64,000 nucleotides of DNA from a bacterium (GTDB taxonomy: Bacteria; UBA8248), in assembly GCA_965200245.1 (NCBI GenBank), contig CBDATS010000004.1:576001-640000 (forward strand), read 5' to 3'. The stretch's first letter is position 1. Each line of letters begins with the position of its first letter. The position numbers and the translations under genes are program-made. This document shows positions 41,125 through 52,219 of the stretch, piece after piece. Below the pieces are notes generated by a model. The model had not been told where the DNA came from, searched no databases, and saw only the letters and a program-made list of their open reading frames with translations.

Positions 41125-41221
41125 AAGCAATTATTCCCGATGGCCGGATCGGAAAATCCGAACCACCAAGGGGTCGATTTATACTGTTTTTCTCGCCGGA
41201 AGTCTATCCTGCCCGAGCATT

Positions 41222-42092
41222 TCAAATGCGCAGGACGACAAGAATCACTCCACTCACGGTAAGAGTCGCTCCGGCAGGCACACGCCATGTAATAAGTTCG
41301 GCTCTCCTGAGAAAGATTACGCTGAAAAGCACGGTGAAAAAAGGACTGATCTGCACAAGTGGTACCACCCTGAAAACCTGACTCGCCTGCAAGGCTGAGG
41401 TGAAGAGGAATATTCCCATTCCCGCCGCTAAACCACCTAGCAGATAGGGCCAAAAAGCTTGCTTCACGTCGCCTGCCTCATCTTCTCGCAATGCGTAACA
41501 GGTATAAGCCCCCACTACAACGAGAGCGGAGGCGGCGCCTACCATTGAGGCGGGCAGTGCGCTCGTGAAAGCAACCAGCCCTTTTTTCCAGGACATGGCC
41601 CCAAAAACCCGATATCATGGCCGCGATCAAGGGCCATCTAGCGTCCCAGCGGCTCCATCGTCCTCCAGTCTTCCCTGATACAAGCAACACGATACCGCAT
41701 ACCACGAACAAGACACCCATCATATGGTACCAGGCAGGGTCCTCTCCCAGAAAAATGAGCGCGAAAAGAGCCGCGAATATGGGAGACATCCCTTTTATGG
41801 GTGCCGCACGGGCAACGCCGATCCGGTGGATGCCGATCAGGAAAAAGATGAGAAAAGGGCCTGGGTTGCATAGACCGCCAATGATCACCCAAAGATAATG
41901 CGTACCCATTTCGGGGAACTGGGGAGCCAGGAGAAAGATTAATGGCAGAAAAAGAGCCACCTCGCCCACCAGCGTGATGGTGGCGCCCACGAAATGGTTA
42001 GCGTATTGCAGGCCTTTTCGAGCAAAAATATCAGCGCAGGTAAAAGACAACGCCGCAGCCAAAGAGAGAAAAATAAACGGTTCAATCAGCAA
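41222..42092 (-). pseudogene. EamA/DMT transporter, frameshifted near 41600
   Basis: Two hydrophobic ORFs carrying EamA repeats in different frames, joined near a T5G4 run. Confidence 0.8.
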
Positions 42093-42158
42093 GGCGGGAT
42101 CCTCCGCGCGATGGGCGCCTGCTTCAAGAACATTCTCCGCCAGAGAAGCCGGGAAAAT

Positions 42159-43406
42159 CTAGGCGAGATATTTTTCCGGGTTCTCCAGGAACTCGACCAC
42201 CGCTTGCACAAAGACGCTCACACCAACCGGCAACGCATCCTCATCCAGATCGAAGAGATCCGAATGAAGACCGTGGACGATTCCCTTTTCGGGATTCGAT
42301 ATACCCACGCGGAACAAGGCACCGGGTCGTTTCTCCACCATGTAGGAGAAATCTTCGGCCCCCATCGAAAGCGGCATTTCCAACACGTTTTCTGTGCCGA
42401 GGACCTGCATGCCCGCGCATTCGACGAGAGCGGCGGCCGCCTCGTGGTTCACCAGAACAGGATATCCAGGTGTGATTTCGAGGTCGATCTCAACGTCGAA
42501 GGCTTCCGCCACCCCGCGTGCCACAGCACGCACGCGATCGGCCACCTTCGCTCGAACCTTCGGATCGTGCGTTCGTATAGTGCCTTTTATCCTCGCATCG
42601 CGAGGCACAATGTTGAAAGCGACGCCGGACTCGAACATAGTGATAGAGAGAACGACGGACTCGAAAGGATCAATATTTCTGCTCACGATGCTTTGAAGCG
42701 TAGTCACCAAATGGCAGGTGGCCAGCAGGGCGTCTTTGGATTTTTGAGGATACGCCGCGTGCGAACTTTTCCCTCTCACGTAAATCTGGAGTCTGTCCCC
42801 CGCTGCCAGCGAAGGTCCCGACCGTATGGCGACACGACCCGCAGGCATATCGGGCCACACGTGCGCGGCGATGAGAAGGTCGACCCGGGGTTCCTCCAAA
42901 ACGCCTTCATCCACCATCCTTTGCCCGCCGGCCTTACCTTCCTCTGCAGGCTGAAAGATGAATTTGACGTTGCCCCCCAAGCCATCGAGCAAGTTGTTGT
43001 TCTCGGAGAGTAAGCGCGCCGCGCCCAGCAGCATGCTTACGTGGGCATCATGGCCGCAGGCGTGCATCTTCCCCGGACGACGGCTCTTGTAGGACACGTC
43101 GTTGGACTCCTCGATGGAGAGCGCGTCCATGTCGGCGCGAATACCGATGGTGGGGCCCGGACGTCCCGTCTCGAGCAAGCCGACAACACCGGTCTCTGCA
43201 ATGCCTGTGTGCACTTCGAGTCCAAAACTCTCAAGGTTCTTCACGATGAGGTGAGATGTTTCAAACTCCTCGTAGCCGAGTTCGGGATTCATGTGAATGG
43301 TGCGTCTGGTTTCGGAAAGCCATGGCAGCAGAGCCCATGAAGCCTCCCGTATCGATTGCGAAGTATCAGCGGACTGCATGAATTCGATTTTCCTCACTCC
43401 GCCCAT
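42159..43406 (-). CDS. M20 family amidohydrolase
   Basis: HMNPELGYEE, RADMDAL, MHACGHDAH, FQPAEEG, GAEDFS. Confidence 0.93.
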   Translation of the reverse strand: MGGVRKIEFMQSADTSQSIREASWALLPWLSETRRTIHMNPELGYEEFETSHLIVKNLESFGLEVHTGIAETGVVGLLETGRPGPTIGIRADMDALSIEESNDVSYKSRRPGKMHACGHDAHVSMLLGAARLLSENNNLLDGLGGNVKFIFQPAEEGKAGGQRMVDEGVLEEPRVDLLIAAHVWPDMPAGRVAIRSGPSLAAGDRLQIYVRGKSSHAAYPQKSKDALLATCHLVTTLQSIVSRNIDPFESVVLSITMFESGVAFNIVPRDARIKGTIRTHDPKVRAKVADRVRAVARGVAEAFDVEIDLEITPGYPVLVNHEAAAALVECAGMQVLGTENVLEMPLSMGAEDFSYMVEKRPGALFRVGISNPEKGIVHGLHSDLFDLDEDALPVGVSVFVQAVVEFLENPEKYLA

Positions 43407-43639
43407 GCCGCCTCAACAAATCATCTCCGCAAAGGCTTGGAAGGCGTTTAGAAGTCTACTCAATGAAGGTTAGATATCACAAACAAAGAAGTATATCACC
43501 AATCCGTCGCCCGATGCTGCGTTTACGGGCTTTAACGGTTGACTACATCCAGCGAGACTACTCCGTTCAGTTGTGGTTTTGCAAAAGAATTACATCACGT
43601 ATCAACAGGAGTTGAGCATCTTGAATTCACAAATGACAA

Positions 43640-45310
43640 TCAAAAATCATCCGCCGAGAATTCGGGATGTTCCCTCAGTATCGCCTTGATGTCCTCTCGC
43701 TTGTGCTTGCGTGTGGTGGTTCTGGGCAACTCCTCCTCGGGCCAGAGGAAAAATCCGGCCACTCTCTTGTAATCCGCCAAATGCACACTCAGGCGCTTGA
43801 GTTCGGAATCGGCCAAAGCGACGCGCTCCTCATCTTCTCCAGGCAAATCGGTTTCAGGGTCCAGCACCACGACGGCGAATACCTCCTCGCCGCCACGAGG
43901 CGTCTTCCTGCCGATGACGCACACGTCCTGGAACCACCCGCTCTCGAGAAGTTGCTCCTCCACCTCTTCGGGATAGATGTTTTTCCCTGCCTCGGAGATA
44001 ATGACGTTTTTCGAGCGGCCGCATATCGTGAGGTAGCCGTCTGCGTCCAGGCGGCCGATGTCTCCGGTATGAAACCACCCGTCTCGCAAGACCTCCGCCG
44101 TGAGTTCGGGGTTCTCGTAATAACCCTGCATCACATTCGGCCCGCGTATCAGGATTTCGCCCTCGTCCGCTCCCTCAACGGGTTCTATCCGCGCATCCAC
44201 CCCCGGGATCGGCGGGCCGACGGTTCCGATTTTGTTCGGTGTTCCTGGCGGATTCGCATGGGTGACCGGGGATGTTTCCGTCAATCCATATCCCTGGAGC
44301 ACCTCGATTCCAAGAATCAGCAAATCTCGAGCGATCTTCGGGTCGAGCGCTGCTCCTCCGCTCGCGAAATAACGCAGATTCGGGCCCAGGTTTTTCTTCA
44401 CCTGGGAAAACAGCAAACCTCCGACGCGAATCCCCATGGTGAGGCAAACCCGGGAAATCCCGAAAAACATTTTGAAGACGATTTGCTTCGCACCGCTCAG
44501 CGATTCCACGTTCGCCATGATTCGCTTGTGAATGAGCCGCGCCAATGCAGGCACCATCAGACAGATGGTGATGCCCTCATTTTGCATGGCCTCTACCAGG
44601 AGACGAGGATTCAGCGAAGAGAGATAGTGAATGCGAGCGCCGGCTGCCAGCGGAATCAAAAAGCCGCCCGTGCTCTCGAACATGTGGTGAAGAGGCAGAA
44701 TCGAGAGGAAAACATCATCTTCACCAGCAAAGAAAGGCTCGAGCACAGCGCTTACATTGGAAGTGATGTTCCCGTGAGAGAGCATCACTCCCTTGGGCGT
44801 TCCTGTCGTTCCAGATGAAAATGACACCAGAGCCAGATCCTCCGGGTTGCTCTGTGCACCCGGAAGGATGTCGAGCGAAGCGTCGAAGTCAGACTCTTTC
44901 ACTTCATCAATGCGCAATACCGGAGGAGACGATGTGAGATTGTCCGAGAGCGCCTTCGCACGCTTCACTTCTTGTGCGTCCGTCATCAGACATACAGGTT
45001 TGGCCTTATCGAGAATATTCGCCAATTCTCCTTCTTTGAGATTCACGTCCAGCGGCACGAGAACTCCACCGGCGAGCAGCACTGCAAAATATCCCACGCC
45101 CCACTCGGGTTGATTCGGGGCCAGAAGAGCGACGAAATCGCCCGGCTTCACACCCGCATTCAGCAACTCGTTCGCCAGGGTGACTGCTTTTCCGCACAAA
45201 CCCTTCCTCGTGAGCGCCACCCGCCCGCGACCTGTCACGTCGCCTTCGAGTGCGATCGAATCTGGAAATTTCGCAGTCGCTTCCTTGAGAAGGTCTATCA
45301 ATGTCTCCAT
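43640..45310 (-). CDS. long-chain fatty acid-CoA ligase (AMP-binding)
   Basis: SSGTTGTPKG, QGYGLTETSP, FHTGDIG. Confidence 0.92.
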   Translation of the reverse strand: METLIDLLKEATAKFPDSIALEGDVTGRGRVALTRKGLCGKAVTLANELLNAGVKPGDFVALLAPNQPEWGVGYFAVLLAGGVLVPLDVNLKEGELANILDKAKPVCLMTDAQEVKRAKALSDNLTSSPPVLRIDEVKESDFDASLDILPGAQSNPEDLALVSFSSGTTGTPKGVMLSHGNITSNVSAVLEPFFAGEDDVFLSILPLHHMFESTGGFLIPLAAGARIHYLSSLNPRLLVEAMQNEGITICLMVPALARLIHKRIMANVESLSGAKQIVFKMFFGISRVCLTMGIRVGGLLFSQVKKNLGPNLRYFASGGAALDPKIARDLLILGIEVLQGYGLTETSPVTHANPPGTPNKIGTVGPPIPGVDARIEPVEGADEGEILIRGPNVMQGYYENPELTAEVLRDGWFHTGDIGRLDADGYLTICGRSKNVIISEAGKNIYPEEVEEQLLESGWFQDVCVIGRKTPRGGEEVFAVVVLDPETDLPGEDEERVALADSELKRLSVHLADYKRVAGFFLWPEEELPRTTTRKHKREDIKAILREHPEFSADDF

Positions 45311-45396
45311 GCGCTCTTCCTCCCACGTCAACCCTGACGAAGACTTTCAGCGAGTCAGCGATGTTTGTCGCCAATCGTGTCCAATCGACGTCCTGA

Positions 45397-46188
45397 CTAG
45401 ATCAGCCGCTTCCTGACCTGCCATGCGGCGAACTCTCCCGAGAAAACCAAGGCGATAATGGCCAACACCAGCACACCTGATTTTTGCCACTGAAACTGCT
45501 TTACATACAAAAACACGTAAAATCCCAAGCCTCCCGCGCCGACGAGGCCCAGAATCGTGGAATCGCGTAGATTCATCTCAAAACGTATGGCCAGATGCGC
45601 GACCATCTGCGGCAATACCTGAGGAATCAGGCCGTGCTGTATAACCTGAATGGACGATGCGCCCGTGCCTTGCAATGCGAGCAATGGTTTCGGGTCGGTC
45701 GCTTCAATTTCCTCCGCTACAAAGCGTCCGAGCACTCCGATGGAGTGCACTGCCAGCGCCAGCACACCTGGGAAAGGCCCAAGTCCCACGGCGGAAACAA
45801 ACAGCAAGGCGAGGAGCAAAAGTGGGATGGAGCGGACAAACGCCATGAATGCCTTGATGGGCAGATGCACCCAAACCGGCGTCCAGTTCGACGCCGCAAG
45901 CACTCCCAGTGGATAGGCGAACAATGCGCCCAGAAAAGTACCAGCAACCGTGGTTTGCAGCGTTTCAATCGCCGAAGTCAGTAAAACGTCCCAAACCGAC
46001 CAGTCAGGCGGCGTCATCCGGCCAAAGAAGTGAAACAGTTGGGGAATCCCGCGCCAGAATTGCCCGGGCGAAAACTCAGAACCCTGAAAAGACCAAAATA
46101 AGAGTGAACTAACCGCTAGTAATAGGCTGATCCTGCCAACCATACGGCCAGGAGAAAGCGCTTCTGCTCGCTCTCGTTCCGTTCCCAT
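45397..46188 (-). CDS. phnE: phosphonate/phosphite-type ABC permease
   Basis: GLGPFPGVLAL, RFEMNLRDSTILGLVGAGG. Confidence 0.88.
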   Translation of the reverse strand: MGTERERAEALSPGRMVGRISLLLAVSSLLFWSFQGSEFSPGQFWRGIPQLFHFFGRMTPPDWSVWDVLLTSAIETLQTTVAGTFLGALFAYPLGVLAASNWTPVWVHLPIKAFMAFVRSIPLLLLALLFVSAVGLGPFPGVLALAVHSIGVLGRFVAEEIEATDPKPLLALQGTGASSIQVIQHGLIPQVLPQMVAHLAIRFEMNLRDSTILGLVGAGGLGFYVFLYVKQFQWQKSGVLVLAIIALVFSGEFAAWQVRKRLI

Positions 46189-46954
46189 TCACGACTCCGT
46201 TTGTTCCCGTGAATTCGTAGATTTCACATATCCTATCATTGGAGAGGGAATCCGAAGAACCATCCCACATGATTTTTCCGTCTTTCATTGCGAGAATTCT
46301 ATCCGCATGCCTTCGTGCAAGTTCGGGGACGTGAAGGCTCATCATCAGAGTAAGGTCGTAGGCGTCACAAACCGACACGAGAAGGTCCATCGTGTCCTCG
46401 GCCAGCGCCGGATCCAGGCTCGATACAGGCTCATCGGCCAGCAAGATCGCAGGCTCCTGCGCCAACGCCCGGGCGATTGCCACGCGCTGTTGTTCCCCGC
46501 CCGAGAGCGTGCGAGCGAATCGGCGTTGCTTGTCCTGAAGATGCACCTCGTGAATGGCCTGCGCGCAGATTTGCAAATCGCGTTCCGAGCAGATACCGAA
46601 AACGCTTTTCATCAAGGACAGATATCCAAGCCTTCCATGATAGACGTTTTGCCAGACGGTTTCCCGTCCAATGAGGTCAAAATGCTGATGAATCATGCCG
46701 ATAAGACGATGATGGTTTTTTTTCCTTTGCGGATCCTTGATCGGGAAAACATCCCCCATCACGACTACTTTACCCTCCTTACAGGGTACATAGCCCTTTA
46801 GCATCCGCATCAGGGTTGTCTTGCCTGAGCCGCTGTTGCCGATAATAGCCACTCTTTCACCACGAAAGACCTCAAGGTGATCGATGGACAAAATCGTCCG
46901 TCCCTCTATCTCAACGAGCGCATCTTCGATTTGGATGACCGTTTCTTTCGTCAT
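46109..46954 (-). CDS. phnC: phosphonate-type ABC ATPase
   Basis: GNSGSGKT, LSGGEQQRVAIARAL, DEPVSSLDP. Confidence 0.88.
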   Translation of the reverse strand: MTKETVIQIEDALVEIEGRTILSIDHLEVFRGERVAIIGNSGSGKTTLMRMLKGYVPCKEGKVVVMGDVFPIKDPQRKKNHHRLIGMIHQHFDLIGRETVWQNVYHGRLGYLSLMKSVFGICSERDLQICAQAIHEVHLQDKQRRFARTLSGGEQQRVAIARALAQEPAILLADEPVSSLDPALAEDTMDLLVSVCDAYDLTLMMSLHVPELARRHADRILAMKDGKIMWDGSSDSLSNDRICEIYEFTGTNGVVNGNGTRASRSAFSWPYGWQDQPITSG

Positions 46955-46957
46955 TTC

Positions 46958-47881
46958 CTATTCCCTCAGAAAACCATACTTCAGCGCCATATCGGCCACC
47001 TGTTGATACCGATTGTGGTCAACCCTGACGTAACCATCCGTCCCGTAAAGAGTACGCACCAACGCGCGATTCTCGGGCAGGTTCATCTTCAGCATCGCCG
47101 TGATGAACTTTTGCCTGATTCCAGTTTCCAGACCCTTACGCACCACTACGTTGTGGCTGGGAATTCTGGCTGATTCCGCGATGGCGACCACATTGTCCCG
47201 CTCCCCGGGGCGCAGAAGATTCAGGGCGTATTGGCTGACCCCGGCGGCGTCGACGAAGCCGCCAGCCATCGAGTTAATCGCCTGCTGATCCCCGCCTGCG
47301 AAATATACTCTCCGGAAAAACCTGCCCTCCGGTTTTTCCACGCCTCCTTTCGCCAAGCCTGCGCGAACGAAAATGTCGTGCGGGTACATGAACCCTGAAC
47401 TCGATATGGGATCGACGTAGGCGATGGTCTTGCCTTTCAAGTCCGAGATAGTCTTGATGCCGCTGTCCTTGCGAACGAAAATCCTTGAATAATAGAAGGG
47501 TTTCCCGTCGTATATCTCGCCGAGAACCGCCTCGACTCCCGAGTATTTGTTCGCCAAGACATAGGGCAGTGGAGACATGAAGCTCACGTCAGCCTTTTTC
47601 GAAATCATGGCTTCGACGGCGGCCGAGTAGTTCAAGGTAATGAAATAACGGACCTTGCGTCCCATTTCCCTTTCCAGGAAATTCATCGCCGGCTTCACGT
47701 TGCTGATGAGTTTCTCGGGATTCTCAAGGGGAATGAAAGCGATCCGAAGTTTCCTGTCGGCCGCGCGAACAGGAGTCGGAGCGAGACAAAAAACGCAAAA
47801 GGCGAGGAAAATAGCCGCCTGCAGAGCGATGCGCGGCGTTTTTGACGATGATTTTCGAATGAATCGCAAGTTGCTGTTCAT
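46958..47881 (-). CDS. phnD: phosphate/phosphite/phosphonate ABC substrate-binding protein
   Basis: Signal peptide, YSAAVEAM, DPISSSGFMYP. Confidence 0.85.
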   Translation of the reverse strand: MNSNLRFIRKSSSKTPRIALQAAIFLAFCVFCLAPTPVRAADRKLRIAFIPLENPEKLISNVKPAMNFLEREMGRKVRYFITLNYSAAVEAMISKKADVSFMSPLPYVLANKYSGVEAVLGEIYDGKPFYYSRIFVRKDSGIKTISDLKGKTIAYVDPISSSGFMYPHDIFVRAGLAKGGVEKPEGRFFRRVYFAGGDQQAINSMAGGFVDAAGVSQYALNLLRPGERDNVVAIAESARIPSHNVVVRKGLETGIRQKFITAMLKMNLPENRALVRTLYGTDGYVRVDHNRYQQVADMALKYGFLRE

Positions 47882-49836
47882 TTTAGTTTATCCGCGTTTT
47901 TCCTGTAAAGAGCATGATAAACTGCTATTTTGTCGTCGGTCATCTTTACGTCGCCCGCGAGATGCGCGCTCAGGGCCTCGCTCAATTTGCTCTCCATTTC
48001 ATCGAGAATCGGCATATTCCCCTTTTCCTGAATATCCCATTTATGAGCCTGCACCTCGCGTACCACTGTTTTAAGCAAGACGGTGATCAACTCTTTTTTC
48101 TTCCTGCGCTTCAAACGCTCATAGGTAGACAGGAAGAACCTGAACTCCTCCAGTTCCGATTCGAGCGTGTGAATCGTATCCTCCATCCCTCGAACGCCAT
48201 CCCCCACGGCTTCAACGTAGGCCGTGAGGTCTTCAACTTCCCTGCTGTTCAATCCCAGCTTGAATTGCCTGTTGAACCACTCGTTCACCGCCCGCAGTTT
48301 AGGCAGACTGCCGTCGTGAAAATACGGGGCTGTGAATTTCGACGAAAGCAGCGTCGGCGTATCCAAACCGCCTACGTGAAAGAACCGGCTCGCTCCCGTT
48401 GAGCCGATGTCGTGTCGTTTATGATCCACGAAGTTTGCGTTTGGAATGTGACAACTCGCGCAACTCATGCCGCCCATCATCTGGGGAAATTTCCTGTAAA
48501 ATATCTTCTCGCCCCGCAATGCCATATTGGAAACTTTCTCGGGATTCAGCCTGCCGCTTTTTTTCAGCTTCGGGTTCGGCAAAAACTCGAACTCGTTCAT
48601 GTAGGCGATCATCCCGTCCAGAATCATCGGGTCAGGCTCGGGACCGTTGAATTCGTTCACGATGACGTTACGCACGAATTCCCTGAGTGAGGAGAAACGC
48701 CCGTTTCTGCCGTAGGGAGCCGTAAAGCGAATCCCTCTCAAGTCGGGCGTGTCGAGCGGGTCGTGGAGGCCGTTGTTGGCGTGCCCTGCAAAAAAGCTGT
48801 TTGACACGTCCATCCCGCCTTTCTTGCCGGAAAGACCAGGGATGAAAAACTTGGGATTCGTCACCCCTTTGTTGTGACAAGTGTTGCAACTCATCCCCAA
48901 ACTGCGTGCGGGTTCACCGAAAATCTCCGCGCTGTCGAAAACCATATCACCCAAGGCGATGAGAAAAGTTTCCGCCTCGCTCGCACCGCGTTCCGCCATT
49001 CCAAGAATCTGTCTGGGACGCGGGAGTTGTTTGTTGATGTTGGATCCGGGCGGCAGGGGCCACGGTACTTTCGCGGTTTCGATATATGTTTCGCTCCTCC
49101 TCGGACGGGGAAGAAGCCTGTGTTCTTTTTCGCTCTGGTAACCGGAGAAATTCGCAAGAAAATACCCGCGAACGTAAGAAACGTTCTCACGGATTTTCTC
49201 GATATCCATTGGCTTTGCACCTATACCCATCACGCCGGCGGCTCCGAGGTGGGAACTCGCCTCGAGCCAATGGATTTGCATTTTTTTCCAAGCCTCGGGG
49301 TCCAGATAGGGGAGAGCCTCTGCGAAAGACCGGGAGATTCTGCGTGCTTCGTCCAGATGGAATTTGACCTCGGCTCTTCCCGAACCCGCTTTGATCGCGT
49401 CCAGATGAAAGATCAATAGCGTAGCGACTCCACGCGTGGCCACGGAGAAAGCCAAACGACTCCCTTTTTTCCGCGCAGTGACCATATCCAGCTCTTTTCC
49501 GCCCCTCGCTACGGGTTGGGCAACACGTTTGGCAACTGCCAACTCCGCCGAAAATTTCGTCGCACCTGGAGAATTCACCTCTTTGAGCGCTTCTTCGATA
49601 CGTTCCAAATCAGACCAGACCTGTGGCCAGAGCACCGGGTTCAGATTCAGGACGAAACCGGCACGACGATAACTTTCCGCAACAGGGTGTAATTCCTCCG
49701 GAGGAACGACGTGCGCCGAAACGGGACCGAAACTGATTGCCACCAACCCGGCGGTCAGTAGCCAAGCCGGCATCGCCAGAAAATTTCCTGCTCGCAGAAC
49801 AAGCCTCTTCCCGAGTGTATGGAGGCCGTATTTCAT
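47878..49836 (-). CDS. exported di-heme cytochrome c peroxidase/MauG-family protein with extra N- and C-terminal domains
   Basis: CNTCH and CASCH, DTPDLRG..TAPY, TPTLL..TAPYFHDG. Confidence 0.85.
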   Translation of the reverse strand: MKYGLHTLGKRLVLRAGNFLAMPAWLLTAGLVAISFGPVSAHVVPPEELHPVAESYRRAGFVLNLNPVLWPQVWSDLERIEEALKEVNSPGATKFSAELAVAKRVAQPVARGGKELDMVTARKKGSRLAFSVATRGVATLLIFHLDAIKAGSGRAEVKFHLDEARRISRSFAEALPYLDPEAWKKMQIHWLEASSHLGAAGVMGIGAKPMDIEKIRENVSYVRGYFLANFSGYQSEKEHRLLPRPRRSETYIETAKVPWPLPPGSNINKQLPRPRQILGMAERGASEAETFLIALGDMVFDSAEIFGEPARSLGMSCNTCHNKGVTNPKFFIPGLSGKKGGMDVSNSFFAGHANNGLHDPLDTPDLRGIRFTAPYGRNGRFSSLREFVRNVIVNEFNGPEPDPMILDGMIAYMNEFEFLPNPKLKKSGRLNPEKVSNMALRGEKIFYRKFPQMMGGMSCASCHIPNANFVDHKRHDIGSTGASRFFHVGGLDTPTLLSSKFTAPYFHDGSLPKLRAVNEWFNRQFKLGLNSREVEDLTAYVEAVGDGVRGMEDTIHTLESELEEFRFFLSTYERLKRRKKKELITVLLKTVVREVQAHKWDIQEKGNMPILDEMESKLSEALSAHLAGDVKMTDDKIAVYHALYRKNADKLK

Positions 49837-49871
49837 ATCTTCGATTCTCCGAAAAATCCATCAGCAAAGAA

Positions 49872-49901
49872 ATTCTATCCCTATCTGAAAAATAAAGTCA
49901 A
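49872..49901 (-). promoter_or_regulatory. putative sigma70 promoter of the di-heme/phn operon
   Basis: TTGACT-N18-TAGAAT. Confidence 0.5.
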
Positions 49902-50184
49902 TCCCTGATAAATTTTATTTTAGGCATGCTTAAATTCGAGAATGGCCGTTTAATGCTCGCATAAACAAATGTTTGTTAGAGTGTTTGTTACAAGAATGCA
50001 TGAGAAAACTTGTACTGATGGAGAGATGCAAACGGAAAAGCCGGTCCTGCTTCAGGACCGGCTTTTTGAAAGACATTCGATTCCTTATATCTTCAACAAT
50101 CGAGTTGATGGAAGATTACGAACACTCTGCAATCTTTCACGCAGGATTCATCACCTAGAAACGATTCCCTTGCCGTGCAGATTC

Positions 50185-50526
<342 letters not shown>

Positions 50527-50580
50527 TCATTCCTCTCAAGGTGAATGGGGCACATCCAAATTAGACCCCTTACACTTCCA

Positions 50581-51972
50581 TCAACCCAACCTCTCGCCCG
50601 CGTAGGCTTCCATCCCGTGCTCGGAGAGATCGAGACCAGCCGATTCGTCTTCAGCGGAAACGCGCACCCCCATGACGGCTTTCACAACCTGCCAAAGGAT
50701 CAGGGACAGGACGAAAGTGAACACACCGACTGCAATGACACCTGTGAGTTGCTTGATGAAGAGCCCTGCGCCGCCTCCGTAAAACAGACCCACGACACTC
50801 TCGTCGATGGAAGGCGCGGCAAATAAACCAAGCACCAATGTGCCGAAGATTCCGCAGGCCAAGTGAACGGAAACTGCTCCGACCGGATCGTCAATTTTGA
50901 TTTTGTCGAGAAACGGAACCGAGATGCAAACGATGACGCCTGCAACCAATCCGATAATCACCGCCCCGAAGGGAGTAACATTGGCGCACGGCGCTGTAAT
51001 GGCGACCAACCCTGCAAGCGCGCCATTCACGCTCATGGAGAGGTCGGCTTTGCCGAACATGGTCCGTGATGTCACGCTTGAGGCCACGACGCCCGCCGAG
51101 GCCGCAAGGTTCGTCGTCACGGCGATGCGCGCGATGGCGTCTGCATCGGCGGCCATGGTGCTACCCGGGTTAAACCCGAACCATCCGAGCCATAAGATGA
51201 ACCCACCCAAAGTAACGAACAGCATATTGTGGCCTGGAATCGGCTGCATCCGTCCATCGGAGGTGTACTTCCCGAGCCGGGGGCCGAGGACGATGATTCC
51301 TGCGAGCCCCGCCCAGCCACCCACGGAATGGACCACGGTGGATCCTGCAAAATCAAGAAAACCCATTCCGCCCAACCACCCGCCACCCCAGATCCAGTGG
51401 CCCTGGATGGGATAGATAATCGCGACCAGCACGAAACTGAAGATCATGAACGAGGAGAATTTGATTCGCTCTGCCACACACCCCGAAACGATTGTCGCCG
51501 CCGTCGCCGCAAAAACGAGCTGGAAGAAAAACTTCGCATAGAGTGGCACACCCGTCCAGTTGAGGGACGAGAAAACGCCTTTGTAAGCATCTCCCGTAGC
51601 CGGACTGTTGTCCGTTCCCGAGAGGAAAAAACCATTCGCTCCAAACATCGAGTTGCCGTCACCGAACATGAGAGCGAACCCCAGAATCCAAAACGCCAGG
51701 GACGAAACGGCGACGACGCCGAAATTCTTGTAGAGAATGGCCACGACATTCTTGGCCCGGCAAAGTCCCGACTCGAGCATCGCGAAGCCTGCGTGCATGA
51801 AAAACACCAGAAAACCGGCCAACATCACCCAGACGGTATCCGCCGCGACTTGCAAACTCGCCAGGCTCTTGGCCATGGACTTGACGTCCTGCGCCCAGCT
51901 ACTACCGGCGAAAGAAAAAACCCCGACGGCGAAGACCAAAATTATCGTGAAATAAAGATTTTTGCTTTTCAT
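50581..51972 (-). CDS. amtB: ammonium transporter
   Basis: DFAGSTVVHSVGG, GWFGFNPGS, IDDPVGAVSVH. Confidence 0.96.
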   Translation of the reverse strand: MKSKNLYFTIILVFAVGVFSFAGSSWAQDVKSMAKSLASLQVAADTVWVMLAGFLVFFMHAGFAMLESGLCRAKNVVAILYKNFGVVAVSSLAFWILGFALMFGDGNSMFGANGFFLSGTDNSPATGDAYKGVFSSLNWTGVPLYAKFFFQLVFAATAATIVSGCVAERIKFSSFMIFSFVLVAIIYPIQGHWIWGGGWLGGMGFLDFAGSTVVHSVGGWAGLAGIIVLGPRLGKYTSDGRMQPIPGHNMLFVTLGGFILWLGWFGFNPGSTMAADADAIARIAVTTNLAASAGVVASSVTSRTMFGKADLSMSVNGALAGLVAITAPCANVTPFGAVIIGLVAGVIVCISVPFLDKIKIDDPVGAVSVHLACGIFGTLVLGLFAAPSIDESVVGLFYGGGAGLFIKQLTGVIAVGVFTFVLSLILWQVVKAVMGVRVSAEDESAGLDLSEHGMEAYAGERLG

Positions 51973-52219
51973 ACCTCCTCCTCCAATACCCATTGGCAAT
52001 TAGAAAGCGTACATTTGAATCATCGCCTCCAATTTGTAGGTGAGGAGTATTTCGATACCGTTTCGTCCACATTACCTGAATGTTAATAATGTAATGTGCG
52101 CAGGTTCTCGGTCCGCTTTTGTTTGACAGTCGATATCTCGCGTGTTAGCAATTCTGCCGGTTCAACCAAATCAGTTCATCCGAACCCTTTCCTGGAATAT
52201 TCCCATTCAAGGAGAAACA

